From positions 1 to 25,611 of the forward strand of contig CAYVLA010000011.1 of NCBI GenBank assembly GCA_964452145.1: a stretch of DNA of 25,611 nucleotides. Reading direction: 5' to 3'. Made by a program: the position numbers and the translations under genes. Shown piece after piece: positions 7,136 to 16,148 of this stretch. Each line of letters begins with the position of its first letter. Position 1 is the first letter of the stretch. The notes below the pieces were generated by a model. It was given only the letters and a program-made list of their open reading frames with translations. It ran no database searches and had not been told where the DNA came from. The stretch comes from Candidatus Hadarchaeota archaeon (GTDB taxonomy: Archaea > CAYQAE01 > CAYVLA01).

Positions 7136-8479
7136 ATGGGCCGCTGTGGAAAGGGCCTGCCTTTCATCGTTTTGCTCCTTGCGTCGTCATTCCTCTGGGC
7201 GACGACGTCCCACGCCAGGGAGAGGCTTGTTTACGTTTCCACCATGGACACCCAGTTCATAGGCCAACCGACGGCCGATCAGTTCAGAAAGGACCTGGCG
7301 CGAGCTCTGGACGACGATGCCTGCGCAATCATCCTTCTGATCAACACGCCCGGCGGCCTCTTCGACGCGATGAACGACATCATCGAGGCCATCTTCTCGT
7401 CGGATATCCCGGTGATCACATTCGTGGCGCCAAGAGGTGCGGATGCGGCCTCCGCCGGCATCTTCGTGACCATGGCGGGGCACGTGGCGGCGATGTCGCC
7501 CGGTACCAGCATCGGCGCCGGCCAGCCGATCGGGTACGACCCATACGGGCAGGGCATACCGGTCACCAACAAGACCCTAAGCTACATTGAGGGCAAGGTC
7601 AAATCCTACGCGGAGTGGACGGGTAGGTCCCAGAACGTGTCCTTGGCCTTCATACGGGAGAACCTCGTCCTCACTCCTAGCGAGGCGCTGGAGGCAGGCA
7701 TCATAGACCTCATTGCCCTAGACGTCGATGACCTCGTCTCAAGGGTAATCGACTTCCCGATCCACGGACAGCTTCCGGATGGCAGGGAGACCATCTCGCT
7801 TGTCGGAGCCACTGTGGTCTACCTTGGGAAGACCCTCCAGGACAGATTCACCAACTTCATGAGCAACCCCGCCCTTGCCTACATGCTGTTCATAGTGGGC
7901 ATATACGGCATAGTCTTCGGTTTCTCGACGCCCGGAATAGAGGTACCGGAGGTTGTCGGAGCCATATGTCTGGTGCTGGCTCTGTATGGGATGGGCATTG
8001 TCGGTGCGTCCGTCGTCGGGATTATCCTGATCTGTCTCGGATTGGTCTTCTTCATCGCGGAGGCGTCGACGCCGGGCTTCGGCTTGTTCGCCACGGCAGG
8101 CGTCATCTGCATGGTCCTGGGCGCCCTCTTCCTGCCCCCGATTGGGGTTCCGGGTATGCCGAGATTCTACATGCCGAGGCCATGGTTCCTCACCTTCAGA
8201 GCCACCGTCACGGTTCTGGCGGTGGGATTGGGCGTGTTCCTAGCGGTAGCGATGAGGTACTCCCTGAAGACCAAGCGCACGAAGCCCACCACCGGCGGAG
8301 AAGGGATCCTCGGCAAGGAGGGAATCGTTCTGACCGATCTGGATCCCACGGGCCAGGTCTTCGTGGGAGGCGAGATCTGGAAGGCCATCTCCGTCTCAAG
8401 CTCCCTGCCCAAAGGAACGATGATCAGAGTCGTCGGCAGGAAGGGGCTTGCGCTTCAGGTCGAAACGGGCGAGAGCTGA
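7136..8479 (+). CDS. nfeD: NfeD long form: membrane-bound ClpP-class serine protease with a C-terminal OB domain
   Basis: Signal peptide, INTPGG, AASAG (catalytic Ser), PGTSIGAGQP and NK (Lys of the dyad). Several TM helices (TPGFG) follow, then C-terminal LDPTGQVFVGGEIWKA. Confidence 0.93.
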   Translation: MGRCGKGLPFIVLLLASSFLWATTSHARERLVYVSTMDTQFIGQPTADQFRKDLARALDDDACAIILLINTPGGLFDAMNDIIEAIFSSDIPVITFVAPRGADAASAGIFVTMAGHVAAMSPGTSIGAGQPIGYDPYGQGIPVTNKTLSYIEGKVKSYAEWTGRSQNVSLAFIRENLVLTPSEALEAGIIDLIALDVDDLVSRVIDFPIHGQLPDGRETISLVGATVVYLGKTLQDRFTNFMSNPALAYMLFIVGIYGIVFGFSTPGIEVPEVVGAICLVLALYGMGIVGASVVGIILICLGLVFFIAEASTPGFGLFATAGVICMVLGALFLPPIGVPGMPRFYMPRPWFLTFRATVTVLAVGLGVFLAVAMRYSLKTKRTKPTTGGEGILGKEGIVLTDLDPTGQVFVGGEIWKAISVSSSLPKGTMIRVVGRKGLALQVETGES

Positions 8480-8526
8480 GGTCATTACTCCGACAGCTAC
8501 CAAGCCCCGTCAGCCCTCGTCCGGTC

Positions 8527-9756
8527 CTACATCGAGACGTGCTTGTCACTCTGCCGGAGCACGCGCTGGATATGGCCCGAGAGCTCGTCCGGCAGGCCCT
8601 CGATCCGCACATCCAAGAAGCCTCTGACGATGGTGGCCGTTGCCTCCTGTTCGCTCAGGCCCCGGGCCATGAGATACTCGATCTCCTCTTGGGAGACCCG
8701 GCCCACCGCAGCCTCGTGGGATAGGTCCACCTGGCTCAGTTCTCCCTGAAGCTCGGGTATTGCCTGGATGATCCCTTTCTCGCTCAGTATCAGACCGCTG
8801 CACTCCAGATGGCCTCTGACATCTTCCGCGGCTCCTATCATCTGGCCTCTCGCAATCACGGTGCCCCCCGTGCTTACGGCCCGGGAGACTACCTCCGCCC
8901 TCGATCTGCGGCCGTCAAGCCGAACCCGGGAGCCAACATCCAGCTCCGACCCGGGGGTGGCAAGGAGGAGGGAGTAGAATCTCGCCACGGAGTCATCGCC
9001 CTTCAGTTGGGCGCCGGGGTACATCTGGATGTAGCCCGCGGGTTCCAAGCAGATGAAGTTGGAGACCAACACACCGCCCTTCTCCACCACCGCCGCGCTC
9101 CTGGGGCGCACGGCCATCCTCCTACCCCAGTTGTGGATCATCGTGAAGCTGAGCTTGCCTCCCTCCTTGACGTAGAACTCCGAGACGCCGATGTGTAGCC
9201 CTCCTCGCTCGTAGTGGCTGTTGACGCAGCCAGTGATCACGTGGAGCTCGGCGTTCTCCTCGACCAGTACGATGTTGTGAACTCTCTGGGCAAATGTGTC
9301 GGATGAGAGGTAGAGACAACTCTGAACCGGTCGGGAGGCCTTATGCCCCTTCTTGGCCCGGATGAAATAGCCCCCGCCTGACTTCAGCTCCACGGCAGCC
9401 GTGTACTTGTCCAAGTCCACCGGCACGGCCGACCACCGGTAATCCTGAAGCCAGTCATAGGTCTGGAGGGCCTCGGATATGCTCATTGTCTCTACGCCCG
9501 GTTCGTCCGCTTCCGAGTACACCACCGAGTCATCGATCTGTATAAACGTTCCCGATCGATCACTCAGCTCAGACTTGATGCCGACCTCGAGCATTCGCTT
9601 CTTGTCCGACGCAGCCAGCTCGGAGAGATCCGTCAAGGATGCCCGCTTCTCTGCCCCCATCGAGTAGGCAGAAAGCTGGATGTCCCTTCCAATGGCGGCC
9701 GGTTTGTCTTTGGCGGCCTCGGCCTTCCTCTTCACCTCAAGGCTGCGATCTGGCAT
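8527..9756 (-). CDS. sufB: SufB/SufD-family Fe-S scaffold (SmsB-type)
   Basis: Beta-helix SufBD motifs QRVHNI, ITGC, GVSEFYV, MIHNW, GHLECSGL, IPEL and LSHEAAVG...YLMARGL. Start is ATG 9756 after GAGGAG, overlapping the sufC end. Confidence 0.92.
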   Translation of the reverse strand: MPDRSLEVKRKAEAAKDKPAAIGRDIQLSAYSMGAEKRASLTDLSELAASDKKRMLEVGIKSELSDRSGTFIQIDDSVVYSEADEPGVETMSISEALQTYDWLQDYRWSAVPVDLDKYTAAVELKSGGGYFIRAKKGHKASRPVQSCLYLSSDTFAQRVHNIVLVEENAELHVITGCVNSHYERGGLHIGVSEFYVKEGGKLSFTMIHNWGRRMAVRPRSAAVVEKGGVLVSNFICLEPAGYIQMYPGAQLKGDDSVARFYSLLLATPGSELDVGSRVRLDGRRSRAEVVSRAVSTGGTVIARGQMIGAAEDVRGHLECSGLILSEKGIIQAIPELQGELSQVDLSHEAAVGRVSQEEIEYLMARGLSEQEATATIVRGFLDVRIEGLPDELSGHIQRVLRQSDKHVSM

Positions 9757-10490
9757 TTGACGCACTCCTCGTACCCCATCCTTCTTATCTCAGCGAGCAG
9801 ATCGCTCGGATTGCCGCTGCATCCCAGGATTCCGCCGCAAAGAACATGCCCAATGTCGGCTGTGATGTAATCCAGTATGTGTCCAGTGTGACTGATTATG
9901 AGGCCCGATCGCCCATCCTGGTCCTTCCTCTCCCTGTAGGGACGGTTCTTGCCGAGTAGCCTGTTGGTGGCCTCGCCGATCAATACCATGTTTTCGAGAT
10001 CGACTCCCGATTCGGGCTCGTCCAGCAGAACCAGCTCCGGGCCTTGGGCCAACAGCTGCAGGAGTTCCGCCCTCTTTATCTCCCCTCCCGAGAACCCTGA
10101 GTTGATATCCCGGTCGAGATGCTGCTCCAGATCGAGCGACCTAGCCAGTTCCTCGACGTTCGCTCTTCCTCTGCCCGCGATCTCGACGATCCGTCTAGTC
10201 CGCACACCCCTAATCGTCGGGGGCCTCTGAAACGAGATCCCTATGCCGAGGTTGGCCCTCTCGTTGATGGGAAGGCCCGTTATGTCCTTTCCGCGGTAAA
10301 GGATGCTTCCCCCCGTGACTTTGTACTTCGGGAATCCCATGATCGCATTCAGTAGGGTGGTCTTCCCCGAACCATTGGGGCCAAGGAGCAGATGGGTCTC
10401 TCCCTCCCCGACCCGGAGGTTCACGCCGTGAAGGATCTCCCTCCCTTCAACGCTAACCTTCAGATTTTCGATTCCGAGGATTTCGACCAA
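9732..10490 (-). CDS. sufC: SufC-family ABC ATPase (SmsC-type, with C-terminal Cys motif)
   Basis: Walker A GPNGSGKT, signature FSGGE and Walker B LLDEPESGVD, plus C-terminal C-X18-C-X2-C. Start is TTG 10490 after GGGGAGG. Confidence 0.93.
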   Translation of the reverse strand: MVEILGIENLKVSVEGREILHGVNLRVGEGETHLLLGPNGSGKTTLLNAIMGFPKYKVTGGSILYRGKDITGLPINERANLGIGISFQRPPTIRGVRTRRIVEIAGRGRANVEELARSLDLEQHLDRDINSGFSGGEIKRAELLQLLAQGPELVLLDEPESGVDLENMVLIGEATNRLLGKNRPYRERKDQDGRSGLIISHTGHILDYITADIGHVLCGGILGCSGNPSDLLAEIRRMGYEECVKCQIAALR

Positions 10491-10630
10491 TGCACAGACC
10501 TCCCCAGTACGGCCACGGTTCAACCATTGCCACGGCGCCTTTTAGATGTGCAGGTCATTGAGGGCGGGAACGCCGGGCCCGGATGAATCGGTTTCACCGA
10601 CAGCGGGACCCGACCACATTGAGATGCCGC

Positions 10631-12367
10631 CTACGACATCCTGAAGCGATTGGTTATGGGAAGCCTTCTGTCGCGTCCGAAGGCCCGAGTCGTGATCTTG
10701 ATGCCGGGGGGAGCCTGCCTCCGCTTGTACTCACTGCCATCCACCAGTCTTGACACCCTCCGGACGAGTTCGCGGTCGAAGCCCATCGAGACTATCTGAT
10801 CTATGCTCCTATCCTCCTCGACATAAGCCGTCACGATGGGGTCCAGTACCTCGTATGGCGGGAGGGTATCTGTGTCCAGCTGGTTGGGCCTGAGCTCGGC
10901 TGAGGGCGGTTTCTCCATGACCGATTGCGGAATCACCTCGCTGTCCCCCAATGAGTTGCGATACCGACCGATCTGGTAAACCATAGTCTTCGGTACGTCC
11001 TTCAACACCGCAAAACCTCCCGCCATGTCCCCGTAAAGCGTAGCGTACCCCGTCGCCATTTCGCTTTTGTTCCCGGTCGTGAGCACGAGCCAGCCGAACT
11101 TGTTCGACAGGGCCATCAGGATATTGCCCCTGGTTCGCGCCTGCAGGTTCTCCTCGGCCACGCCAGGGCTTGCACCCTTGAAGACCTCCGATAGAGTGTC
11201 CAGATAGGCCCGAAACACCTTCTCTATGGGAATCGTCAGAAGCCGTATTCCCAGATTCTCGGCCAAGAGCTCGGCATCGCTCATACTGGCGGTTGAGGTG
11301 AATCTGGATGGCATGGACACTCCGATGACGTTCTCGCTGCCCAGGGCATCGGCCCCGATGGTTGCCACGATGCTCGAGTCCATGCCACCGGAGAGGCCCA
11401 CGACCACCTTCTCGAAGCCGTTCTTGCGCACGTAATCCCTCGTGCCCAGCACGAGCGCGTGATATACCTCGCCCGGGTAGCCGATGGGCTCGGCCTCCCT
11501 CGCGGGCAGAGGCTTCCTGCCGCCTGCCGCTGGCGCCTGGGATACCACGATCCTGGCAACCTCCCATCCGTGCTGCTTAAGCAAGGGCGCATCCTTTCTC
11601 CATCTCGGGTCGTGAAGACGGGCCCTGAACACCCCTTCCACATCCAGATCGGCCAGGACCAGGTCCTCATCGAACTGCCTTCCCCCCGCAATCAAGCGAC
11701 CCTGCTCGTCCAGTATCATGCTGTTACCATCGAAGATCAGCTCATCCTGACCACCCACGATATTGTTGTACGCAACGATGGCCACATTATCGGAGGCCCT
11801 TGTGGCAAGGACCCTCTGGCGGAAGCTGCCTTTCTTGAAGTGGTACGGGGAGGCGCTGATGTTCACAAGGACCTCGGCTCCCGAGTAGGCCTGGAGGGCT
11901 GCCGGGCCGGCTTCGTACCAGATGTCCTCGCAGATCGTAACGCCGACACCGACGCCGCCTATGACGTAGACGGGGCATCGATGGCCCTGTTGGAAGTACC
12001 GGTTCTCGTCGAAGACGCCGTAGTTGGGCAGGTAGATCTTGTGGTATGTGTCAACCACACGCCCGTTGTGGACAACTGCGGCCGCGTTGTACAGATCCGA
12101 CTTGGCGTCCACGTACCCGACCACCAGAGTCAGGCCATCCGAGGCCGCAGCGATCTCCTCAAGACATCTCGCGTTCTCTTCGATGAACTTCGGCCTGAGC
12201 AGGAGATCTTCAGGAGGATAACCGGTGATGGCCATCTCTGGGAAGGTCACAAGATCGGCTCCCCAGGATCGCGCATCGTCCATGGCCTTCCTTATCAGGT
12301 CGGTGTTGCCTTGGAGATCGCCCACGGTCGGATTGAGCTGGGCCATGGCAATTCGGAGCGAGCGCAT
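10631..12367 (-). CDS. nadE: Glutamine-dependent NAD+ synthetase
   Basis: Nitrilase-type domain (FPEMAITGYPPEDL, HKIYLPNYGVFDE, ICEDIW = E-K-C triad) fused to the synthetase domain (GLSGGMDS, ENLQAR, TGNKSE, PPSAEL, EYKRRQ). An alternative start is GTG 12379. Confidence 0.96.
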   Translation of the reverse strand: MRSLRIAMAQLNPTVGDLQGNTDLIRKAMDDARSWGADLVTFPEMAITGYPPEDLLLRPKFIEENARCLEEIAAASDGLTLVVGYVDAKSDLYNAAAVVHNGRVVDTYHKIYLPNYGVFDENRYFQQGHRCPVYVIGGVGVGVTICEDIWYEAGPAALQAYSGAEVLVNISASPYHFKKGSFRQRVLATRASDNVAIVAYNNIVGGQDELIFDGNSMILDEQGRLIAGGRQFDEDLVLADLDVEGVFRARLHDPRWRKDAPLLKQHGWEVARIVVSQAPAAGGRKPLPAREAEPIGYPGEVYHALVLGTRDYVRKNGFEKVVVGLSGGMDSSIVATIGADALGSENVIGVSMPSRFTSTASMSDAELLAENLGIRLLTIPIEKVFRAYLDTLSEVFKGASPGVAEENLQARTRGNILMALSNKFGWLVLTTGNKSEMATGYATLYGDMAGGFAVLKDVPKTMVYQIGRYRNSLGDSEVIPQSVMEKPPSAELRPNQLDTDTLPPYEVLDPIVTAYVEEDRSIDQIVSMGFDRELVRRVSRLVDGSEYKRRQAPPGIKITTRAFGRDRRLPITNRFRMS

Positions 12368-12405
12368 CTTCCGATCCACCTAGACGAGAAGTGATCGCAT
12401 CGCCC

Positions 12406-12413
12406 CTTTAATT
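12406..12413 (-). promoter_or_regulatory. Putative TATA box for nadE
   Basis: Minus-strand AATTAAAG lies about 27-34 nt upstream of GTG 12379. Confidence 0.45.
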
Positions 12414-12500
12414 GGTATTCTCAGACCAGACCATGCCTGGGAGGGCCTCGATGAGGGGCGTTTTTCCCAATTCGACAAAGCCCTTGAATGGAGGTTAGTC

Positions 12501-12507
12501 TTATATA
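12501..12507 (+). promoter_or_regulatory. Archaeal TATA box for rbcL
   Basis: TTATATA followed by a GGAGG RBS (12529-12533) and ATG 12540. Confidence 0.6.
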
Positions 12508-12539
12508 GCCGTGACCGTAAGGCAATCTGGAGGCATGGA

Positions 12540-13775
12540 ATGAAATATCTGGACTTCGTGGATACAAGTCACGAGCCCGACAAGTCCGACCTCGTCTGCG
12601 AGTTCCTCGTCGAGACGGACGGGACGATGGATTTCAGAGTCGCCGCTGGCGGAGTCGCGGCGGAGAGCTCCGTCGGGACCTGGACCGAGCTCACCACCAT
12701 GAAATCGTATGTGGAGAAGCTCCATGCAACTGTCTTCGACATCGAAGGTAGCAGGATCAAGATCGCCTACCCGGCCCCGCTATTTGAGCCCGGGAACATG
12801 GCCAACATCATGAGCAGCGTTGCCGGCAACGTCTTCGGCCTAAAGGGGATCCGATACCTGAAGCTGGACGACATCCACTATCCCAAGGATCTCGCCACCA
12901 GCTTCAAAGGCCCCAAGTATGGCATCAAGGGAGTCCGGGAAGTAGTGAAGGTTCCCAAGCGGCCGCTCGTTGGAACGATCATCAAGCCCAAGCTCGGCCT
13001 TGTAAGCGAGGATCACTCCGAGGTGGCGTACGAGGCCTGGGCCGGGGGATGCGATGTGGTGAAGGACGACGAGAACCTCTCAAGCCAGTCTTTCAACGTT
13101 TTCGACAAGCGGCTGAAGCTCACGCTCAAGGCCCGGGACAGGGCTGAAAAGGAGACCGGCGAGAGGAAGGTATACATGGTCAACGTCACCGCCGAGTCAA
13201 ATGAGATGATCAAAAGGGCCAAGCTCGTCCAGCAAGAGGGCGGCGAATACGTCATGGTGGACATCATCACCTGCGGCAACTCCGGGTTCCAGACATTGCG
13301 CGAAGAGGACCTGGACCTGGTGATACACGCCCACAGGGCCGGGCACGGGGCGTTCACCCTCTTGCCCAAGCACGGGATATCCATGAAGGTGATCGCCAAG
13401 AACACTAGGCTCATAGGCGCCGACCAGCTCCATGTCGGCACGGCCGTGGGCAAGATGAAGGAGACCAAGGAAGAGGTCCTAGCCAACATCGACGCGCTGA
13501 AATCCGATATGCACCGCATCAAGCCAGTGTTTCCCGTTGCATCGGGAGGCTTATACCCCACATTAGTCCCGGATCTTGTCCGAATCTTCGGAAACGATGT
13601 GATCATCCAGGCAGGGGGAGGCGTCCACGGCCACCCTGATGGTAGCTTCGCAGGGGCCACAGCCATGAGGCAGGCCTTGGATGCAGTGGAGCAGGGCAGC
13701 GACCTTGCGGAATACGCCAAGACGCACGAGGAGCTGAGGAAAGCCCTAGAGCAATGGAAGGACTCCTCGTTCTAG
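12540..13775 (+). CDS. rbcL: Form III ribulose-1,5-bisphosphate carboxylase large subunit
   Basis: Motifs AAESSVGTW, AGNVFG, GTIIKPKLG, KDDE carbamylation motif, HAHRAGH, loop-6 GTAVGKM, ASGG and QAGGG. It is 411 aa with no small subunit adjacent. The catalytic residues are intact, so this is not a Form IV RuBisCO-like protein. Confidence 0.95.
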   Translation: MKYLDFVDTSHEPDKSDLVCEFLVETDGTMDFRVAAGGVAAESSVGTWTELTTMKSYVEKLHATVFDIEGSRIKIAYPAPLFEPGNMANIMSSVAGNVFGLKGIRYLKLDDIHYPKDLATSFKGPKYGIKGVREVVKVPKRPLVGTIIKPKLGLVSEDHSEVAYEAWAGGCDVVKDDENLSSQSFNVFDKRLKLTLKARDRAEKETGERKVYMVNVTAESNEMIKRAKLVQQEGGEYVMVDIITCGNSGFQTLREEDLDLVIHAHRAGHGAFTLLPKHGISMKVIAKNTRLIGADQLHVGTAVGKMKETKEEVLANIDALKSDMHRIKPVFPVASGGLYPTLVPDLVRIFGNDVIIQAGGGVHGHPDGSFAGATAMRQALDAVEQGSDLAEYAKTHEELRKALEQWKDSSF

Positions 13776-13857
13776 GGTTCGGCTTCGATGCGCGGAGCTG
13801 CCTTGCGCCAAGGGCCTAGTACACGAGATCGCATGGCCAGCTGGGGGCACTTCATCC

Positions 13858-14829
13858 GTGTCTCTTTCGAAGGAAGCGCTCATTGAGGGCTTGGAATCGG
13901 TGGGGCTGCGGAAAGGCCAACACCTGGTGGTTCACAGCCGCCTCAGCAGCTTCGGCCATGTGGAAGGCGGTGCCGATTCCGTCATAGATGCGCTCGAGGA
14001 AGTGGTAACCCGAAAGGGAACCTTAGTGATGCCGGCCTATAGCGGGCAGGTCATCTTCCTTCTGGAATCACTGGCCTTCAGGTCTGGCGCCGCGACTGCC
14101 CTGTCGACGCCTTTCATCTACCAAGCGAGGCCCGAACGGCTGTGGTCCGAGCTGAGGGACATAGCTCAAGAAGAGGGCCTACCCTATCCGTTTGCGTCGC
14201 CCTCCGCCCTTGTAAGGAGAATATGGGACGAGACCCCGCGCATGCTGGTTAGGAGTGGCTGGGGCGTCAAGCTGTCCGGGCCCTGTCCGGAGGAATCGGA
14301 GGCGGTTACCCTCACGAGAAGTGGACCCCCTCTTCCCGCCTCAGAGATCAAACCATGGAGGATGCCGGTGTGGACGGGCGCGATCCCTGACAGATTCTGG
14401 CGCCGCCCGGAAACCAAGAGGAGTAAGCAGTATTCCGGGTCCTTCGCTGCCTGGGGCAGGTTCGCAGACTCCGTTCTAGAGGGCCACGATAACCGATCGG
14501 GACAGAAGCTGCAGGATCATCCGCTGAATAGGATGAAGGAGCTTGGAGGGGGAGTACTCTTGCTGGGCGTGGACCACAGAAGCAACTCGACGATCCACGT
14601 GGCTGAGTGGACCGCGGTGGAGGAATCAGGCCTGGCTCTTCCCGACTCATGGAAGGAGTTCCTTGGCGACTTCCAGAGGGTGGACGATCCTCTAGACACC
14701 GCGGGGGGACAGATCAAGGGAAGAATCGGGGCCGCAGAAGTCCGCATGGTCGATACGCCCACCCTCTTCAGGGTGGTTAAGGCTGCCCTCTCGGACAAGG
14801 TTCGCAGCGAGCTTGGGATAAGCGCCTAG
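13858..14829 (+). CDS. AAC(3)/YokD family N-acetyltransferase with a large internal insertion
   Basis: Motifs VVHSRLSSFGHVEGG, GTLVMPAYS, TGAIP, SFAAWG and LLLGVDHRSNSTIHVAE. Confidence 0.85.
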   Translation: MSLSKEALIEGLESVGLRKGQHLVVHSRLSSFGHVEGGADSVIDALEEVVTRKGTLVMPAYSGQVIFLLESLAFRSGAATALSTPFIYQARPERLWSELRDIAQEEGLPYPFASPSALVRRIWDETPRMLVRSGWGVKLSGPCPEESEAVTLTRSGPPLPASEIKPWRMPVWTGAIPDRFWRRPETKRSKQYSGSFAAWGRFADSVLEGHDNRSGQKLQDHPLNRMKELGGGVLLLGVDHRSNSTIHVAEWTAVEESGLALPDSWKEFLGDFQRVDDPLDTAGGQIKGRIGAAEVRMVDTPTLFRVVKAALSDKVRSELGISA

Positions 14830-14839
14830 GTACGGATGC

Positions 14840-16147
14840 TTACGATTCCGGCGAGGGACTTTGCTCATGGCAAGAGCCCATGAGTTCGAGGGCACAATCA
14901 GCTAGGAGATCGCCCGCTTCCGGGGCCAGTCTGCTGCTATCGCACAACGTCGTTTCATAGCCGCCGCGTCGAAAGGCGTCGCGGTGGGGAACGTATCCGA
15001 CCATTCCGTTGGCCTGCCCAACCACTAGGGCACGGACCGGGTAGGCCTCCTCCTTGATGCGGAGCCCCAGCTGGACGAAGTACTCAGCCGGGATGCCGGC
15101 GAAGGCGTGGTCACCAATGCAGATCACCTGGACCTCTGCTGGCTGGGTGCCCATCCTCCTTATCCGATCCTTTACACGCGGCATCTCCCTGTCGTAGATG
15201 GCCGAGTCGATGAAGCGTTGAGCTCCCCTGACCCTACCCTGAGTCTCGTCATCCGTTATGGCGCGGAACGGCAGCCGTATCGTCCCAGAACGGCAGCCAA
15301 GGCGGACCTCCGATGCGGACTGCATGCTTTTCAGAATAGCTGTGACATCCTCCGCCAGTCTGCCCCCTATCTCCTCCTTGGGCACATCCAGTCCCCCTCT
15401 GGTCGGATCCACGGTGGTGATGTTTCCAGAAGCCCCGTCAAGAAAGAGGGTCACCGGACATCCACGCGACTTCATGATCCTGGCAAGAACCCCGGGAAAG
15501 CCGCCTGACAGTTCCCCACCGGCACCATGGTGAGCGGGATGACAGGCGAAGTTCACGATCAGCCCCAGGATTCGATCATCCTCTCCCTTGGCGGCCATGA
15601 CGGCCACCTCCGGGTCTATGGGACCCTCCATGCACAGCGCATCCGGATCGGTAAACCTCCCGTGGGTTCGCACCGTGCCGTCCCTCATCACAACCCGTCG
15701 GTTGAAGCTAACCGTGAATTCGGATCGGCTTCCGAATCCGATCCGAGCTTCTTTCAGGTTGGCCAGGGCGGCACCGAAGGAGGACACCACCTTGTCGACC
15801 ATCTGCTCCACGTACACATCATCTCGGGGCACGTCCCCGCAGTTCGCCACCGCTGGACCGGCATGGTTGTGGGTGGCTGCAACCATGATGTTCTCGCCCG
15901 GGAAACCGTATGACTCGGAGATCCTGCCCCGGATATCCGAAACCTGGGTCCACCTTATGCTCAGGGTATCCAGCTGTATGAAAGCGACTCTCCGACTGCC
16001 GGAGTCCAGTATCGCGGTGCGCGCATACAGAGGATCCAGCACCTTGTCCGAGACGATGAGCTTCTTCCAGCCTATCTTCATCGTTCCAACGGGCGGGGTA
16101 ATTTCAACCTCCGAGAAGCCAGCCTGAAGAGACATGCCGACACCCAT
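14840..16147 (-). CDS. Neutral/alkaline ceramidase-like Zn amidohydrolase
   Basis: Motifs AGFSEVEITPP, VLDPLYAR, ATHNHAGP, FNRR, GPIDPEV, NFACHP, PAEYF, ANG..GYVP and GGYE. An alternative start is ATG 16135. It begins directly after the DegT stop. Confidence 0.85.
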   Translation of the reverse strand: MGVGMSLQAGFSEVEITPPVGTMKIGWKKLIVSDKVLDPLYARTAILDSGSRRVAFIQLDTLSIRWTQVSDIRGRISESYGFPGENIMVAATHNHAGPAVANCGDVPRDDVYVEQMVDKVVSSFGAALANLKEARIGFGSRSEFTVSFNRRVVMRDGTVRTHGRFTDPDALCMEGPIDPEVAVMAAKGEDDRILGLIVNFACHPAHHGAGGELSGGFPGVLARIMKSRGCPVTLFLDGASGNITTVDPTRGGLDVPKEEIGGRLAEDVTAILKSMQSASEVRLGCRSGTIRLPFRAITDDETQGRVRGAQRFIDSAIYDREMPRVKDRIRRMGTQPAEVQVICIGDHAFAGIPAEYFVQLGLRIKEEAYPVRALVVGQANGMVGYVPHRDAFRRGGYETTLCDSSRLAPEAGDLLADCALELMGSCHEQSPSPES

Positions 16148-16148
16148 C

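Noticed and set aside
11459..12394. 311-aa plus-strand ORF
   Set aside because: It is the antisense shadow of nadE, has no recognisable motifs, and such ORFs are common in GC-rich coding DNA.
12540..13775. Form IV RuBisCO-like protein, or evidence of Calvin-cycle autotrophy
   Set aside because: The catalytic motifs are intact and Form III-like, and there is no rbcS or PRK in the window.
13858..14829. Aminoglycoside resistance gene call
   Set aside because: Only family-level motifs are present, the acceptor region is divergent, and there is no mobile-element context.
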